A stretch of DNA of 64,000 nucleotides. Origin: Anolis carolinensis. Taxonomy: Eukaryota. Under the pieces are notes generated by a model. It was not told the DNA's origin. It worked only from the letters and a program-made list of their open reading frames with translations, and searched no databases. The stretch is from assembly GCF_035594765.1 (NCBI RefSeq), contig NC_085844.1, positions 187,628,107 to 187,692,106 of the forward strand. The letters run 5' to 3'. Made by a program: the position numbers and the translations under genes. Below are positions 12,501 to 26,000 of the stretch, in pieces (position 1 is the stretch's first letter; each line of letters opens with the position of its first letter).

Positions 12501-14439
12501 TCTGCTGTTGGGATGCTACAGATACATTTCCTCCATCTTGTTACAGGAATTGGCTCCGGAAAAGCTCCCCTATCGCAGTGCATTGAGTTGGCTCAAAGGC
12601 CTGGAGTTCGGCAGCAATGGCTGAACTGTCGCCGTCTGATCATTGATGAGATCTCTATGGTGGAGGGTGATTTTTTTGATAAACTGGAGGCAGTGGCTAG
12701 GTGCGTAAAAGGTTATGCTTGTTTCTGGTTAAAAAACCCTTTGTGTTTGAGATTTGAGATTTTAACAGGGCAAGACACAAAATCTGTTTCACAGGAGAAT
12801 ATTAATCAGAAATTGGGCATCAATCTTACAAGGGTATTTTAGCAGTGGATTCCTACAGTGATGCTGGGTTAGATTAAGTGTGCCTTGGTGTCCTTTCCAA
12901 CTCTATGATTCTGTGAAGAGTCACCATGAATGCTTCCTAAGCAGGTTCTTGATACAGCTTCTCAGTTTGGTTACTCACTGGAGAAAGCTAAGCTTGCAAG
13001 TTACTTTTTCAGTTACATTTAATTAAAATCTAGATTCTTCCTGTCATTATGACCAGCTGTCATTGTAGTTGGGGTTGATAGGTATTGTATTAAAAACAAT
13101 CAAGCAAAAACACTCATTTTCTCCTCTGCTCCTTTCTCTCCAGGGGGCAGTGATGGCCACAGGTGCATTTGGGGGTGGGGCCAGGGGAGGGGCGGGGCCT
13201 CTTCCCAAGTGCCAGAGACAGGGCTGAGAATCTATATCACTCCTGAGGCACTTGTTGGGACACAGAGGGTGGAGCTAGGAAAGGGGGTGGGGCCTCCTTC
13301 CAAGAGCCCAAGACAGGGCTGAGCCTCTATACCTCTCCTGAGAGGCCTTTTAGGACTAAAGGGTGGGGCTAGGGGCGGGGCCTCTGTAGACCTCTCCTGA
13401 GGCGCTTGTTAGAATACAGGGGCGAGGTATAGAGGTTCAGCCCCATCAGGCACTTGGGAAGAGGCCCCGCCCCCTCCTCTAACCCTGCCCCCCGTGTCCT
13501 GGCAGGTGCTGCAGGAAAGAGATAGAAGCTCAGCCCTGCCTCAGAACTCATAACTCTGCCCATCCCAGTCCTGACCGCCCATTTTTGGCCCTGTTCACCT
13601 CCCCCTCCCAGCCCTGTATCTTGGACTAGGGGAGAGGCTCAGCCCCGCCCTCTTAAGCAGGAGCCACGCCCACCTCTCTAAGCCATGCCCCCTTTCCAGG
13701 GTGAGCGCTGAATAATATTTTTTCTGGAAAGGGGGCGGTAGGCCAAATAAGTTTGGGAACCATTGTTCTAAAGCCTGACTTATCCAGTCTCTCTAGATTT
13801 CCACCACTGCCTCCAAATATATCACAGCACTCTGAAATGCTTTATAGTTTATGGCAAGCCTTAATTATATAGAAATTTCCATTTAAGTGTGTGAAAAAAT
13901 GTGAATTTTTGCTTGGAATTTAAAAGTACTGGCAATCAGGACTGTGCTGTATAATATTTCTGTAATATACACAGTGTAAAACTCACAACAAAATAAGCCT
14001 CTGGAAATAAGCATGTGTCTTTGCTGCTGTGGTTGGTTATAGAATATATTGCATGCTGTTCACAAGGTCCAATTAAAGTTAAGCCTATTCCCTCTTCTTT
14101 TATTTTGGATAGAGATGTAAGGAACTGTGAGGATCCATTTGGAGGAATCCAGCTCATTATCTGTGGTGATTTCTTGCAACTGCCTCCAGTCAGCAAAGGC
14201 ACTGAGAAGCCCAGGTTCTGCTTCCAGGTATTCTGCTGCTTCTGTCTCATGATATACTTTGCTCTCAGCTGATTTAAATTTCAAACCAGGAGCTTTCTCT
14301 CACAGGCAAAGAGCTGGCGGAGGTGTATCCACTTGAACATGGAGCTGACAGAAGTACGGAGGCAGACGGACAGAGAGTTCATTTCTCTTCTAAATATGGT
14401 CCGCCTCGGCAGGTGAGATGCCATTTCCTGCTTCACAAG

Positions 14440-14501
<62 letters not shown>

Positions 14502-17500
14502 TTCTGCTTGGAATTAGTGGTCTGCTTATTTATTTCAATTATTTATACCCCGCCCTTCTCACCCGAGGGGACTCAGGGCGGCTTACAAGTGGCATCTGAT
14601 GCCGTTACACCATTATACAATGAACTAAAATGTTAAAACGGTTAAAACAGTCATAAAATACAATATACAAAGTTTAAAACAATGCAAAGTGCTTATGTCA
14701 TTCATTCACCAGACCTTATACAAGAGCCTTAATTCAGACCGCATCGAAGCCAACACATACTTATTCTTCAAACGCCTGCATACATAGCCAGGTCTTCAGT
14801 TTTTTTCTGAACCCCAGAAGGGATGGAGCCTGCCGAATGTCACTGGGGAGGGAGTTTCACAGCTGGGGAGCCACCACCGAGAAGGCCCTGTCTCTCGTCC
14901 CCACCAGCCGTGCCTGAGAGGCGGGTGGGACCAAGAGCAGGTCCTCTCCAAATGATCTTAAGGTTCTCGTGGGCTCATAGGGGAAAATACGTTTGGACAG
15001 ATAAATTGGACCAGAACCGTTTAGGGCTTTGTAGGCCAAGGCAAGAATTCGGCTCGGTAGCATATTGGCAACCAGTGGAGCTGGCTCAACAAGGGAGTAG
15101 TACGCTCCCTGTATGCCACCCCAGTTATTAATCTGGCTGCAGCCCGTTGTACTAATTGGAGCTTCTGGGCTGTCTTCAAAGGCAACCCCACATAGAGCGC
15201 ATTGCAGTAATCCAACCCAGGATGTGACCAGAGCATGGACCACTGTGGCCAAGTCAGACTTCCCAAGGCATGGGCGCAGCTGGTGCATAAGTCTTAGTTG
15301 TGCGAATGCTCCCCTGGCCACCTTTGAGACCTGGGGCTCCAGGCTCAGCGATGAGTCCAGGAGAACCCCCAGACTGCAAATCTGCGTCTTCAGAGGGAGT
15401 GCAACCCTGTCCAACACAGGCTGTAACCCTATTCCCTGTTCAACCTTACGACTGACCAGGAGGACCTCTGTCTTGTCTGGATTCAATTTCAATGTGTTTT
15501 TTTTGTCAATAGTGAACACTAACTATCCTGCTCTAGTGAATATTAACAAATGGCCAACAGCATTCTCCTGAAGCCTCTGGTGAGCAAAATGAGTCAACTA
15601 TTTTGTTCCTTGCTGCCACCCTTTCATTTTTCACTCATCTGATTTAGGCCAGCTTTCAATTTTTTTTTAAATTGGCAGTAACAAGAAATTGTGGGCTTTT
15701 TGGGTTTTGATTAGAAGTCAAAATTGGAAAATACATCCCTTTAAAAAACAAGCTCACACAACTAAAATAGTTCTGCCTTTCCCACCCGGAAATTGATTGA
15801 AACGGTCAGTTCACCCATTAACTAACCCCAACACTTATATCCGCTAAATGGCTGGCTTATATAAGAAGTACTACTCCTACAATCAGTCTGAGAGTTGTAA
15901 CTATATTTCCATATAAGTGCTGGTTGTAGTTCAGAATGTGGGAGCAGTAGTTCTACATACTCCTTATAGACAATCTACACTGGGCAGATATAGTTATTCT
16001 TGTTCAATTAATGTTGGTTTCTATCTGATCAAGGCTTGGCTGTCTAGCACCATATACAGGTACTTTAAGCCACTTGATGTAAAAAGAAATTCACTGTGAA
16101 AAAACAGATGGGACACAAAAAACTACCTAGTTGTCATATGTGACCCTTGTCAACCACCTTGAGATGTGCAAGATAGGTAGGTAATATGTTTCTGACCAAC
16201 ATCTTTGTGCCCTTTTGATTTTTAAATGTACCTGGGCTGCCTGCTAGATGCACAGAAGAAGTCACCAGGCAGTTGACTCTAACAGCGACACACAAAGTGG
16301 AGAGAGATGGGATCCTGGCCACCCAATTGTGTACCCACAAAGAGGATGTGGAGCTCACAAATGCAAGGCAGTTGCAGGAGTTACCAGGTGAGAATGCTTC
16401 TACAGGAAGGAAATAGACTTTTTTTTCAAAAGAAAAGGTGGGGGAGGGGCTTTGTACTGTAAAAGGACTTGCAGAGAACGAGAGCCAAGAGTGAGGTGTG
16501 TTCTATGCCTTTTTCTATCAGAAAAAGTCAATATAAAAGACTAACGTAGAATCAGGCAATGCTCTTTACCAGTAGTGGAGGGATTGCCCTAGATTTCTTC
16601 AGCAGTTCTTCATAGGGTTATCAGATTATTCTTAGATTCATCAGAGGCCAAGGGAGAAAGAAATAGCTCTGATTTGCCCAAGGAATAGGCAATATAGGAT
16701 GTGAAACAAAATGACTAAACTGAGATCTGAAGCTATATGCTTTGGACATATCATGACAAGAGATGGCTCAGTAGAAAAGAAAAATGAAGCCAGTAAGAAA
16801 AGAGGAAGACCACATTCCAGATGGATAAGCTCAATTAAGGGATCCATGGCCCTGAATCTGCAAGGGGTCTCTCATTCATATTCTCATCGTAAGTTTAAGT
16901 TGATGTGAAGGCAGTTAACACTAACTAACCCATGGAATTCTGAGAAGTTATAGCTTTATGCTTCAGAAGTGTAATGAAGAGTCTATTATGTCTAATACGT
17001 GGAGCTCATTGTTGCCTGAGACTGTGAAAGGATATAGTTCCCTACAGATAACTCAGTATTAGGACTAAGTTTGAGAAGAAGTATTTTCAAAATTCAGGGT
17101 GCTTCAAAATGATGGACCCAGTTTCAAAGCAGTGTATTTTATGATGGCAACATGATACAATTATACAAAATGTTGCAAAGGCTTTAATGAGTTACCAAGT
17201 TATCAAATTTTTATAAATAGCAAACTGGGTTATGCAAGTGTTGTTTTTCAGATATCACTGGACTCTGCTACTCACACAACTCATCATTGGCTATTTTAGT
17301 TGGTGTGGTTAGGACCACATATCTACAACAGTTCCATCCCAGTACTAAAAGCATTGCAGATTCTTACCTTTAAATCTATCTTTTCCAGGAGAGCAAAGGT
17401 CCTTTAAAGCAGTGGATAGTGACCCTACATCAGTGAAAATAATTGATGCACAGTGTCCTGTGAACAGTGTTATTGAGCTCAAGCAGGGTGCTCAGGTGAG

Positions 17501-20500
17501 CAAATACAATTATGTTCTGCTGGAGTTAGATGTAGTGTTTTAAGTTGGCAGAAAAAAATGGCTGTACTCAAAAAGGTTCATTTCTATATTTCATGCTAGC
17601 ATTTTTTTTAGCTCTTCCTCACAAGAGTATTTAAAGAGCAGTACCTCATGGTTTGGAATATAATGGCATCATGTGTTAACATACAAATGCTGATTGAACC
17701 AGGGAAGCTAAATTTTGGCTTCTGTACATGATAAAGCTTTGTTACATGATAAAGCTGAAACTATACAGATACATAATTTTTGACCAATTCAGAATGTTAG
17801 AACTTTAAATGTGCTCCATACTGAGCAGGACCTGAGCAGGATACTGAGCAGAATACTGAGTTACTCCTCTCCAACTAATATTGGTTCCTGTTTGTCAGAT
17901 ATGTTGCTGGCAACCACCAGGCTAAAACTTCCCCACTCCTTTATTATGGGGCCTTGCTATAAATAGTGGGATTTTAAGTCCAAATTATCTAGTTTCCCAC
18001 TCTATCTTATAGCCTCCTGGTATGAAGTTCTGGGCAACACTGACATTGACAGTTTAAAATATTAGCCAAGTGGATAGAAACTGTTTCATCTTCTGAAAAT
18101 GCGCTACTCTTTCTAAGCCAAACAGCATACTTCTTTACATTCCTTTGGGAGGCTCTGGAAGTTACAATTTACAAAATGCTACATAAGTTGCATCCAAATA
18201 TATAATAGGTACATCCAAATAACAGAGTTCCTCTCCCAAGATACTTACCTTACACCAAGAATTCTGGAGGATGAAAAATGGATACTGCTCTTAGTTGCAG
18301 TTTTAGATTCTATGGTGGGCGCTGGCATAGAAAAGCAATGGCTAGTGGGGATCTTCTCCTGTTGTGACCTCTGCATTTCCTTTGCCAGGTGATGCTTACT
18401 AAAAACCTTGATGTGTCCCGGGGTCTGGTGAATGGGGCCCGTGGTGTTGTGACTGGATTTGAGACAGATGGAAGAGGTTGGTTTCTTTTCAACAAGCGTA
18501 CTTCCAAGTACTGTGTGCGTAACTGATGTCTATTAGTCTCTGAACTTTTCATTTAGAAGGCTGATTATTTTGAGTCATTTTCTCCTGGTATTCAACCTAA
18601 ACATATATTTTTGGTAGCATAATTACTATATGCACACCATATAGCATCAGTGGCAATACCTTAGCATTGAAGACTTGTATAGCTGGTGCAACATGTGTTT
18701 TCCTTTAACACAAAATAATGATGTAAGTGACTTGATACTTCTCTGAGTATTGGCAATGGCATTAGTAGATTGAGCTTTCCAGGAGCCTGAGGCTTGAAAA
18801 ATCACTCCCAGTATTTATAAGATTTTACCTGCTTGATTGGATGCTCATTTATTTGCCACTTATGTATATTCTGTTTCCTAGTAAATACTAGGACTTTGAA
18901 CATATTGTAGTTAATTACTAGCTTTTCACTTTTGCAATAACTACCCTGAACATTTAATAATCACTGCAAACCAATGCAAGTTAAAGAGAGAAGTACCACA
19001 TCATCTGCATAAAGGAGGGTTGACAAAGGTCTGCCTGCTAGGTTAGGAGGACGAAAATTTGAACCGGAAAGACTCCTAGCCAAAGAGTTAATGCAAATAT
19101 TAAAGAGGATGTAATACACAACCTTGTCTTACACCTGCATGTGTTGGGATGGCCAACCCTGTTACATCTCACTTTCAAACATGTTTTTGCATAAAGACTA
19201 CAAATCAAAATCAACAGGCGCCTGTCAGTATTAGTAATCACCCATTTCTGCCATAACCTGTCTTGGGAAATCATATCAAATATAGACTTAAAGTTAATGA
19301 AAACTGTATAAAGGGCTAGCTTGGCCCTAGATGAATATTTATCCATAAGATGGTATAAAACTATAGCATGATCTTCTTCCATAAGGTTTTCCTCTTCCAT
19401 CCAGTTTTTCAAGGAGGTATACACATGTGAATAATGCTACTAGGACTGGGGTCCACCAACTCTTACTTACTATATGCATCTCAGGAGGGATATCATCACT
19501 CCCTGGTGCTTTACCCATCTTAAGCTTAGAAATAAGACAATTGAATTCAGAAGTGGAGACAGGGGGCCAATCTGGAAGGACTGAGTGATTGACACTTTAT
19601 TTCTCTATTTTGGGACACATCTATCAAAAAAGGTTATTTTTTCATTCATTGTCCTATTTTTATTGTCTTTGGGATGCTTTTCTATGGAGATAGTTGGGGA
19701 TCCTTTTTTTTTTCCTTACAGGGCTGCCAAAAGTGAAGTTTTTGTGTGGCGTCACAAATGCTGTTGGGATGGAACGATGGCTTTTAAAGGGTCCAGCAGG
19801 GACATATTTGAGTCGCCAACAGTTACCCCTGAAACTAGCCTGGGCCATTTCTATCCACAAGAGCCAGGTTAGTGAACTTGAGTGACTGTTGGATTCGATT
19901 TCAGAAAATGTATCACAGGCTGCATCCAGCGATGGATTGGGCTACAAACAAAGAAGTAAGAGCACAAACATAAACACATTGATAAGAAAGTTCTGTCTGA
20001 TACTAATAAAGGCTTAGGGATACATTTTACCCTTTATAATGTGAAAAAGATCTTTTACCGAAGCTAGGAAGATGACACCACTCTGGGACCAAACGAAGTA
20101 CATAGAAGACAAAAAAAAAAGACAAACCATCAAAGGATTGTTTCTTGAAGGAGGTAATATGTCCATCATGGGAAGCTCCAGGGGTCCCCAAGCTTGTCCT
20201 AACATCTGCAAGCAACCAAGGCACGAGTGGGTTGTTCCTAAGCAATATGAAAGTTTGACTTCATATATGTATTTAACTCCTGTATTTAACTCCTACTGCC
20301 TTGGGCTGTTAGCAGACAAGGTCTGCCTCTTTGCAGGGATTCTTAGGAATGTGGCTTCTTTCTAAAGATTTATAGTTAGCTGTACAATAGAACTATCTGG
20401 TTCATTCTTATGACAATGTTATGTATCCATTACTTTGAAATTACTGCAAAATAGCAGCTGCATTATGTCTGTTGTAAAAAAAAAAGTCCTGTGACAGTTT

Positions 20501-21685
20501 CAAAAAATATACAGTAGACTCTCAGTTAAGTGGTACTCATGGGGATTGGTAGATGCCAGATAAATGTAGTTTCCGGTTGCTTGAAAGCTACTATTAAAAA
20601 TAGGTCTAACTAATACTGCACCCCATACCATAACACACCATAAATTCTGCATTGATATGAATACTGAAAATAAGTCATTAATAGCAAATAAAGAGAAACT
20701 TAATGTAATGGTTTTACTTTATTATAAAAGCAACTTTGTGAATGCAGTATGCAATTTTAGTTTAAAAAATGTTGCTGATTGCTTGAGTGTTCCGGTTAAC
20801 TAAGCGTCTACTGTATTATACTATGAACTTTTATGAATTGTAGGCCAGAGGCACCTGGAATTTCAGATGCTTACAGTGTGTTGAAAGGGATTTATAAAGA
20901 AAGGTAATAGTTAGAACTGCAACTGCTAAATAAGCAATTATGTCATGTTAAGGTATAGTTAAGTTGCATTATGCCCTAAATATACTCTCTAAGCAGGTTT
21001 TTACTGTTTCTGCTGCACCGAGTCATATTTCCACCCTGTTTCAATGAGAACTCCCTTACTGATGTTTTCTTCCTCTTCAAGGGAATGTCTCTGGATTGTG
21101 CTGAGGTCTCCCTGGCCCGTGTTTTTGAATACGGCCAGGCTTATGTAGCACTTTCCCGAGCACGCAGTCTTGTGGGTCTTCGTGTTCTGGATTTTGATCC
21201 TAAGGTAGTGAGAGCTAACCCATATGTTTTGCAGTTCTACAAGCAATTAAGAAAAGACAAATTTCTAACTCAGGTAATGTGATAATCTGTCATCAGGCTG
21301 TTCTAACCATTATGGGATGGGAAGAGGGGAAGACAGATATTATAGAAGGTTAGAAATATGCTCCCAAATGACTAATTGTATTGTAGTCAAGTATTTGGCC
21401 ATCACATGAAATGCCACGTGTTCTTGAAAGGAAATTGTCTGCAGCTTTTAACATTTGCAGAAATTATTTACTTACATATTTTGAAAAGTAAAGTAAAACA
21501 TTGGCCAATATTTCAAGAAATAAAGTATTACTAGTGAAATCTCAATGTTCAATCTAAATGACTGAAATGCTTTTCTGATTAAGGATTATACAATATGTGA
21601 TCTGATGTACATAATCTTTTTTTATTTCTAGGCTGCTCTAAATTTTTGCATCCAAGATGACAAAGAAAATGTAGAAGGTACCTGA
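9512..21685 (+). CDS. PIF1: ATP-dependent 5'-3' DNA helicase PIF1, 640 aa, 12 coding exons
   Basis: Exons 9512-10078, 11087-11213, 12262-12387, 12547-12700, 14113-14227, 14306-14412, 16248-16387, 17389-17495, 18389-18476, 19722-19867, 21082-21273, 21632-21685 (1923 nt, phases consistent). Motifs: [65 protein letters not shown]. Confidence 0.97.
13140..13765. mobile_element. GC-rich non-autonomous hAT-like DNA transposon remnant with internal direct and inverted ~100-bp repeats
   Basis: Right end AAGTTTGGGAACCATTG resembles a hAT TIR (CAGTGGTTCCCAAAC in reverse). Repeated GGGGCGGGGCCTC...AGACAGGGCTGAG units occur in both orientations. Confidence 0.55.
14443..14498. repeat. (GA)n microsatellite
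   Basis: Direct reading. Confidence 0.95.
14526..15490 (-). mobile_element. L2 LINE, 5'-truncated, frameshifted
   Basis: ORFs 14857-15519 and 15021-15266 ([13 protein letters not shown]...[10 protein letters not shown]) are nearly identical to the L2 at 52295-54499. Tail is at ~14526-14590. Confidence 0.92.
16695..16870 (+). mobile_element. RTE/Bov-B-type LINE 3' fragment
   Basis: Translates as KLR...[13 protein letters not shown]...[10 protein letters not shown], typical of the RTE C-terminus. Confidence 0.65.
18800..19424 (-). mobile_element. Decayed non-LTR retrotransposon RT fragment (RTE-X-like)
   Basis: ORF 19038-19424 [23 protein letters not shown], and LLYADD at ~19000-19017 on the - strand. 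Confidence 0.65.
20512..20813. mobile_element. Tc1/mariner-superfamily (Tigger-like) MITE
   Basis: TIRs CAGTAGACTCTCAGTTAA / TTAACTAAGCGTCTACTG with TA on both sides. Confidence 0.85.
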
Positions 21686-23003
21686 ACCATGTCTGCTAAA
21701 AATCCTGGGCATTTTTATTGCTCCTTGTCTTCTTTATTAAACAGGCAAAAATAATACTTTGGAAACTACTGATCACCAATATGTAGATTTTTAGTTCTGT
21801 AAGTAGAACATGCTAGCCCTGACATCTTTCGTCTCCAGCAGTGAAGAAAAGTGGGACATACATAATCGGTGATAATTCAAGATATGAACTCTTAAGTACT
21901 TTTTTTACTGGGATGGAAGTGACTTTTTAACTTACTTGAAGCCATTGTGTAGAATATCATTTTGCTATGTCGGATTTAAGCAATGTCATTGTTGTATATA
22001 TGGTTTTTAACATTAATGAACAAACTTAAAGAAATGAAATACTTTTAAAAAGTATCATAGAGGTTAGCAAACAATTATTGAAGCAGATAATTGACCAAGT
22101 AGCAGTACTTATTGCAGTGAGAGCAGCAAAATGACTTGTCAGTGTTTATAAGAGGAACCAGATTATTTTTCTAGACTGTGTGCGTCACAAAACTTGAAAA
22201 TAGTTGTGCTGGCTCCCTCACTAATTAAGCCCTGCACTCTTAGGTGCTAGAATCTGTACTGCTTGTCAACACAATTGTATGAGTGAAACAAATTCAGTAT
22301 ACTTCTCTAAATCTGAATAATTTTTTGGAACAACCCGTCAATTGAATCATTGTATGGTGCTGCTAAATGTGTTTTCCCTCTTCCCCTGTAAATACCACTG
22401 GGATGGTGTGTTGAATGCATCTGCTTAATCAATTATAATTTACATTTGAATATAGGCCTAATGATCTTGCATCATGCGATGAATTTATCTTGCATTTAGG
22501 ATGGTAAGGATTTTTGAAAGTACTTGCATTCTTCAGTTCAATTGTAACAATTATAAGACTAGTTCAGCTAGACAATATTTTGCTAGAACTCATTAGGAGT
22601 TTTACACATTTTGGCATGACAGCTCTTTCTGATGCCTACAATAAGAAAATACTCTAAAATTAAGTGCGTAGAGGTAAAATTCCTAACCCCGTTATAAGAT
22701 TACTAACTACAAATGAAGCTAAGGGACAACTTCAACATCACTATTAACACCAAGTCTCTAGATAGGATTTTCCAATTGACAAGAACTGGTAAAATAAATA
22801 GAGGTAAAACATTAGGACATGATTGAACAGTGTTTATTAACATTAAACAAGGGTGTATCATGCAGAACATGATAGTTGAACGTAGTAATCCCATAACAGC
22901 TACAGCAAGTAGACTATGCCTGGTCCTTGCATTAGTAAATATATTTCAGAACACTTGTGAGAAGTCTGTTGCAGGCTTGTAGTAGCACAGACTGGAGTTC
23001 CCC

Positions 23004-26000
23004 TCACTCAACAGCATCTCCTTTACGTGTCAAAAGATCCAATGGGAACATGAATGAATTCAAAGGGCAGATCCCCAGAGTTTTCCAGTTGATGGCAGAT
23101 GATGATGCTTCATCATTTTTGGAAGAAGAATGGGAATTAGCACCCTCTTGCTGTTGACAGCAGCTGCTGTTTGGGTGGATATGGAAAAATATATCATGTT
23201 GGTCTCTGCCACTGTTTACAGACTGGCTGGACTCTGCTTGTGTTCCGTTTTTATTACCTGTGTAGCGTCCATTTAACTCTCTATAGCATTTGTACATATG
23301 ACTTTTCAATTTATTAAAGTCCAGACACTCCAACTCTTCTGGTAGCGATAGTAACAAGTCTAGGAGCACAGCTGATTCTATAGACAAAAACAAAACATGA
23401 GCGGGATGTTAGGTAGATACTTATCATATGGCCAAAAATGTAATACTTCGCCTCTGGCAAAGTATTCTGGTTTTCAGTACTCTGGTTCTCCGGTTTTGTT
23501 TCCTCTCAACTCCTCTGTAAGCAGTTGTCACAAAAACAGTGCTGTATTTCTTCTATATCAAATACTAAACATTTTAAAAATAGGGTATAAGAGATTTGGT
23601 ATACTTTTCAATACACAGTAAGACATCCAGAAGAGGCACAGGATCCCCATGAAAGTAGAATAAACATAAGATAACAATTCTGTTATTTTTTTGTTTGCAA
23701 GAACACCTATCTAGGAACAATTTCCTGCAAAACTTTGGCATATATAGGGTCATGTTAGAAAACCAAGAGAAAGAATATATTAATCAAATTTGTAAAAGTT
23801 ATACCCACAAATGTGTCTTAAGCTGGACTCTACTTGAAATCCAATAATAACAAATAGCAGCTACCCATTTTCCCCCACTCACGACTAGAAAAACCTTAAC
23901 TTACCACCTGGTGGAAGCTCTGGTGCTTTAGATCCACGTGAGATCACTGAGAGATATTTGTAAATCTTTTCGAAGTCTACCTGAAATTCACCATTTTTCA
24001 CAGGGGTTAATTCTTCTCCATTTGATGATACAGTTGCTTCCCGAGTTTCTTCATTTGATTTATTCTTGTTATGAAGAGTTGGTGATGAACATCTAGTGGT
24101 TTTAACTTCCATAGGCTTTGGGGGCACAGAATGGAGTAAGCAGAGTGGCTCAGTAGATGCAATTGTCAAAACCTAACAAGTAGAGAGTTGGAAACTAGTG
24201 AGTATTCAATAAATAAGTAGAATAGAGATATATGTACTTGTGAATAAGAGAACAGTAAACTCTGCTGTAGAAAGGGTACCACAAGTTCCAAGCAGGTAGA
24301 ATATTCCTGATTTTTTTTCTTAGGAAGCACAGCACATTTCCAACGGTTACATCTTTTCATGAAAGGGGCACAGTGCTAGGTATGGTAGGGCTATGTGGAC
24401 AAAATGTATAGTGACAGAGTTGCCACAGATGTATTGATTGCCCAAATTACTACATTATCATTTAATAAAAAATTTAATAAAATTACAGAAGATGCATAAT
24501 TTTAACCTGGGAAAAAGCAGCTGTTACAGCATCTTCAAGGCATCCTGTCATTTTTTCAGCCAACGCAGTCCACACCTAGAAGGAAATCCAAGAAATAGAT
24601 ATGAATATCTTTCAGTCTACCATATGCCATAATTCCTTACCCAAGTTACCCTTTTTATACCTCAATAGGTGCAGGAACAGGGGCATCCTTCTGTTTACAC
24701 TGGTGGTATCGAAACTGTGCCTTGACTACTTCTTTTGCCACGCGCTCTTTCAGTAGATCCACAAACTTCATGATCTGCAATACCAGCACATTTTAGACAC
24801 GATATGAGCAGTATTTTCAGAAAAATCTTAACTTGCTTTCAGAAAACACTTAAACTGGTAATTCTCCCAAAAAACATGGAACTGAGAAATACCAAGTCAG
24901 AGTTACAGTACTGCTGTAATGAGGAAAACTCTAATGTTTCCATAACACCTTGGAAGAGGCTTCTTTGGCTAACAGAAAACTTGTTTATTTAAAGGTGGAG
25001 ACATCGGGCCAACTACTGAATTACATGTTTTTCATGAATAAGACTCCGCTCTTCTGAATGTTTATTTATGCTAGCATTTATAAATTCAATCAAGCTGTAC
25101 ACAGCACCTGAGGGAGTTTAATCTAATTATTCAAGGCTGAATGAGGCAAACTTCTTGACTTCTCAAACAATCCAGTTTTGCTCTCTTACTCCCATCACCC
25201 TGCTTTGATTAACATCCAGACTGGAGAATTCAAAAGCTTGTTACATATTTTTTGACATTTTGGCTGGTTCTAATAATGACTACAGAGTTCTTTTTATGGT
25301 TCAACATAGTTTTTAGGGTCCAACAATTTCACCTTGCCAGTTTCAGATACATTTGGAGGTCAGAAACTTGATCAAAATCAGGTAACAGTTTATTTATCTT
25401 TGCTGGCATCTAAATGTGTTTGCTGTTAGTCTCCCAAAGGTACCTGCAGATTACAAACTTGTTTATCTACCCAATGCTACTCAAAAGTGGTGACCAATCT
25501 TCAATTGGCTAACTGTCTGCAGGAAGATTTCAGAGAGGGAAAAACAAACCATCTCCCTGATAACAATATGGCAGAAATACATACCAATCTCTGGTACACT
25601 GGAGGAAAAAAAAACCCTGCTGATACTGCACATTAGATAATTCGAGAAGTACTAATCTATCATGTACTGATGGCTCTAGCTTTCCAATCTTTAGCAAGTT
25701 CAAGAAAACCCAGAACTTTTAAAGTTCATCCTTATATGTGTCTTGCTGAGAATCATTAAATGCTTTTTATTTCCTAACACACTTTGTGGTTAAGGTCTCA
25801 TCACACTGAAGTTTTAATATAGTTTTAAACTGGTACTGAAGAACATCATTTTACTGTGCATCATTTTACTGTTTTTCTATTCTGCCTTAGTCAGACCACA
25901 TCTGGAATACTGTGCCCAATTCTGGGCACTGCAATTTAAGGGAGATGTTGACAAGCTGGAATGTGTCCAGAGGACGGTGACTAAAATGATCAAGGGTCTG

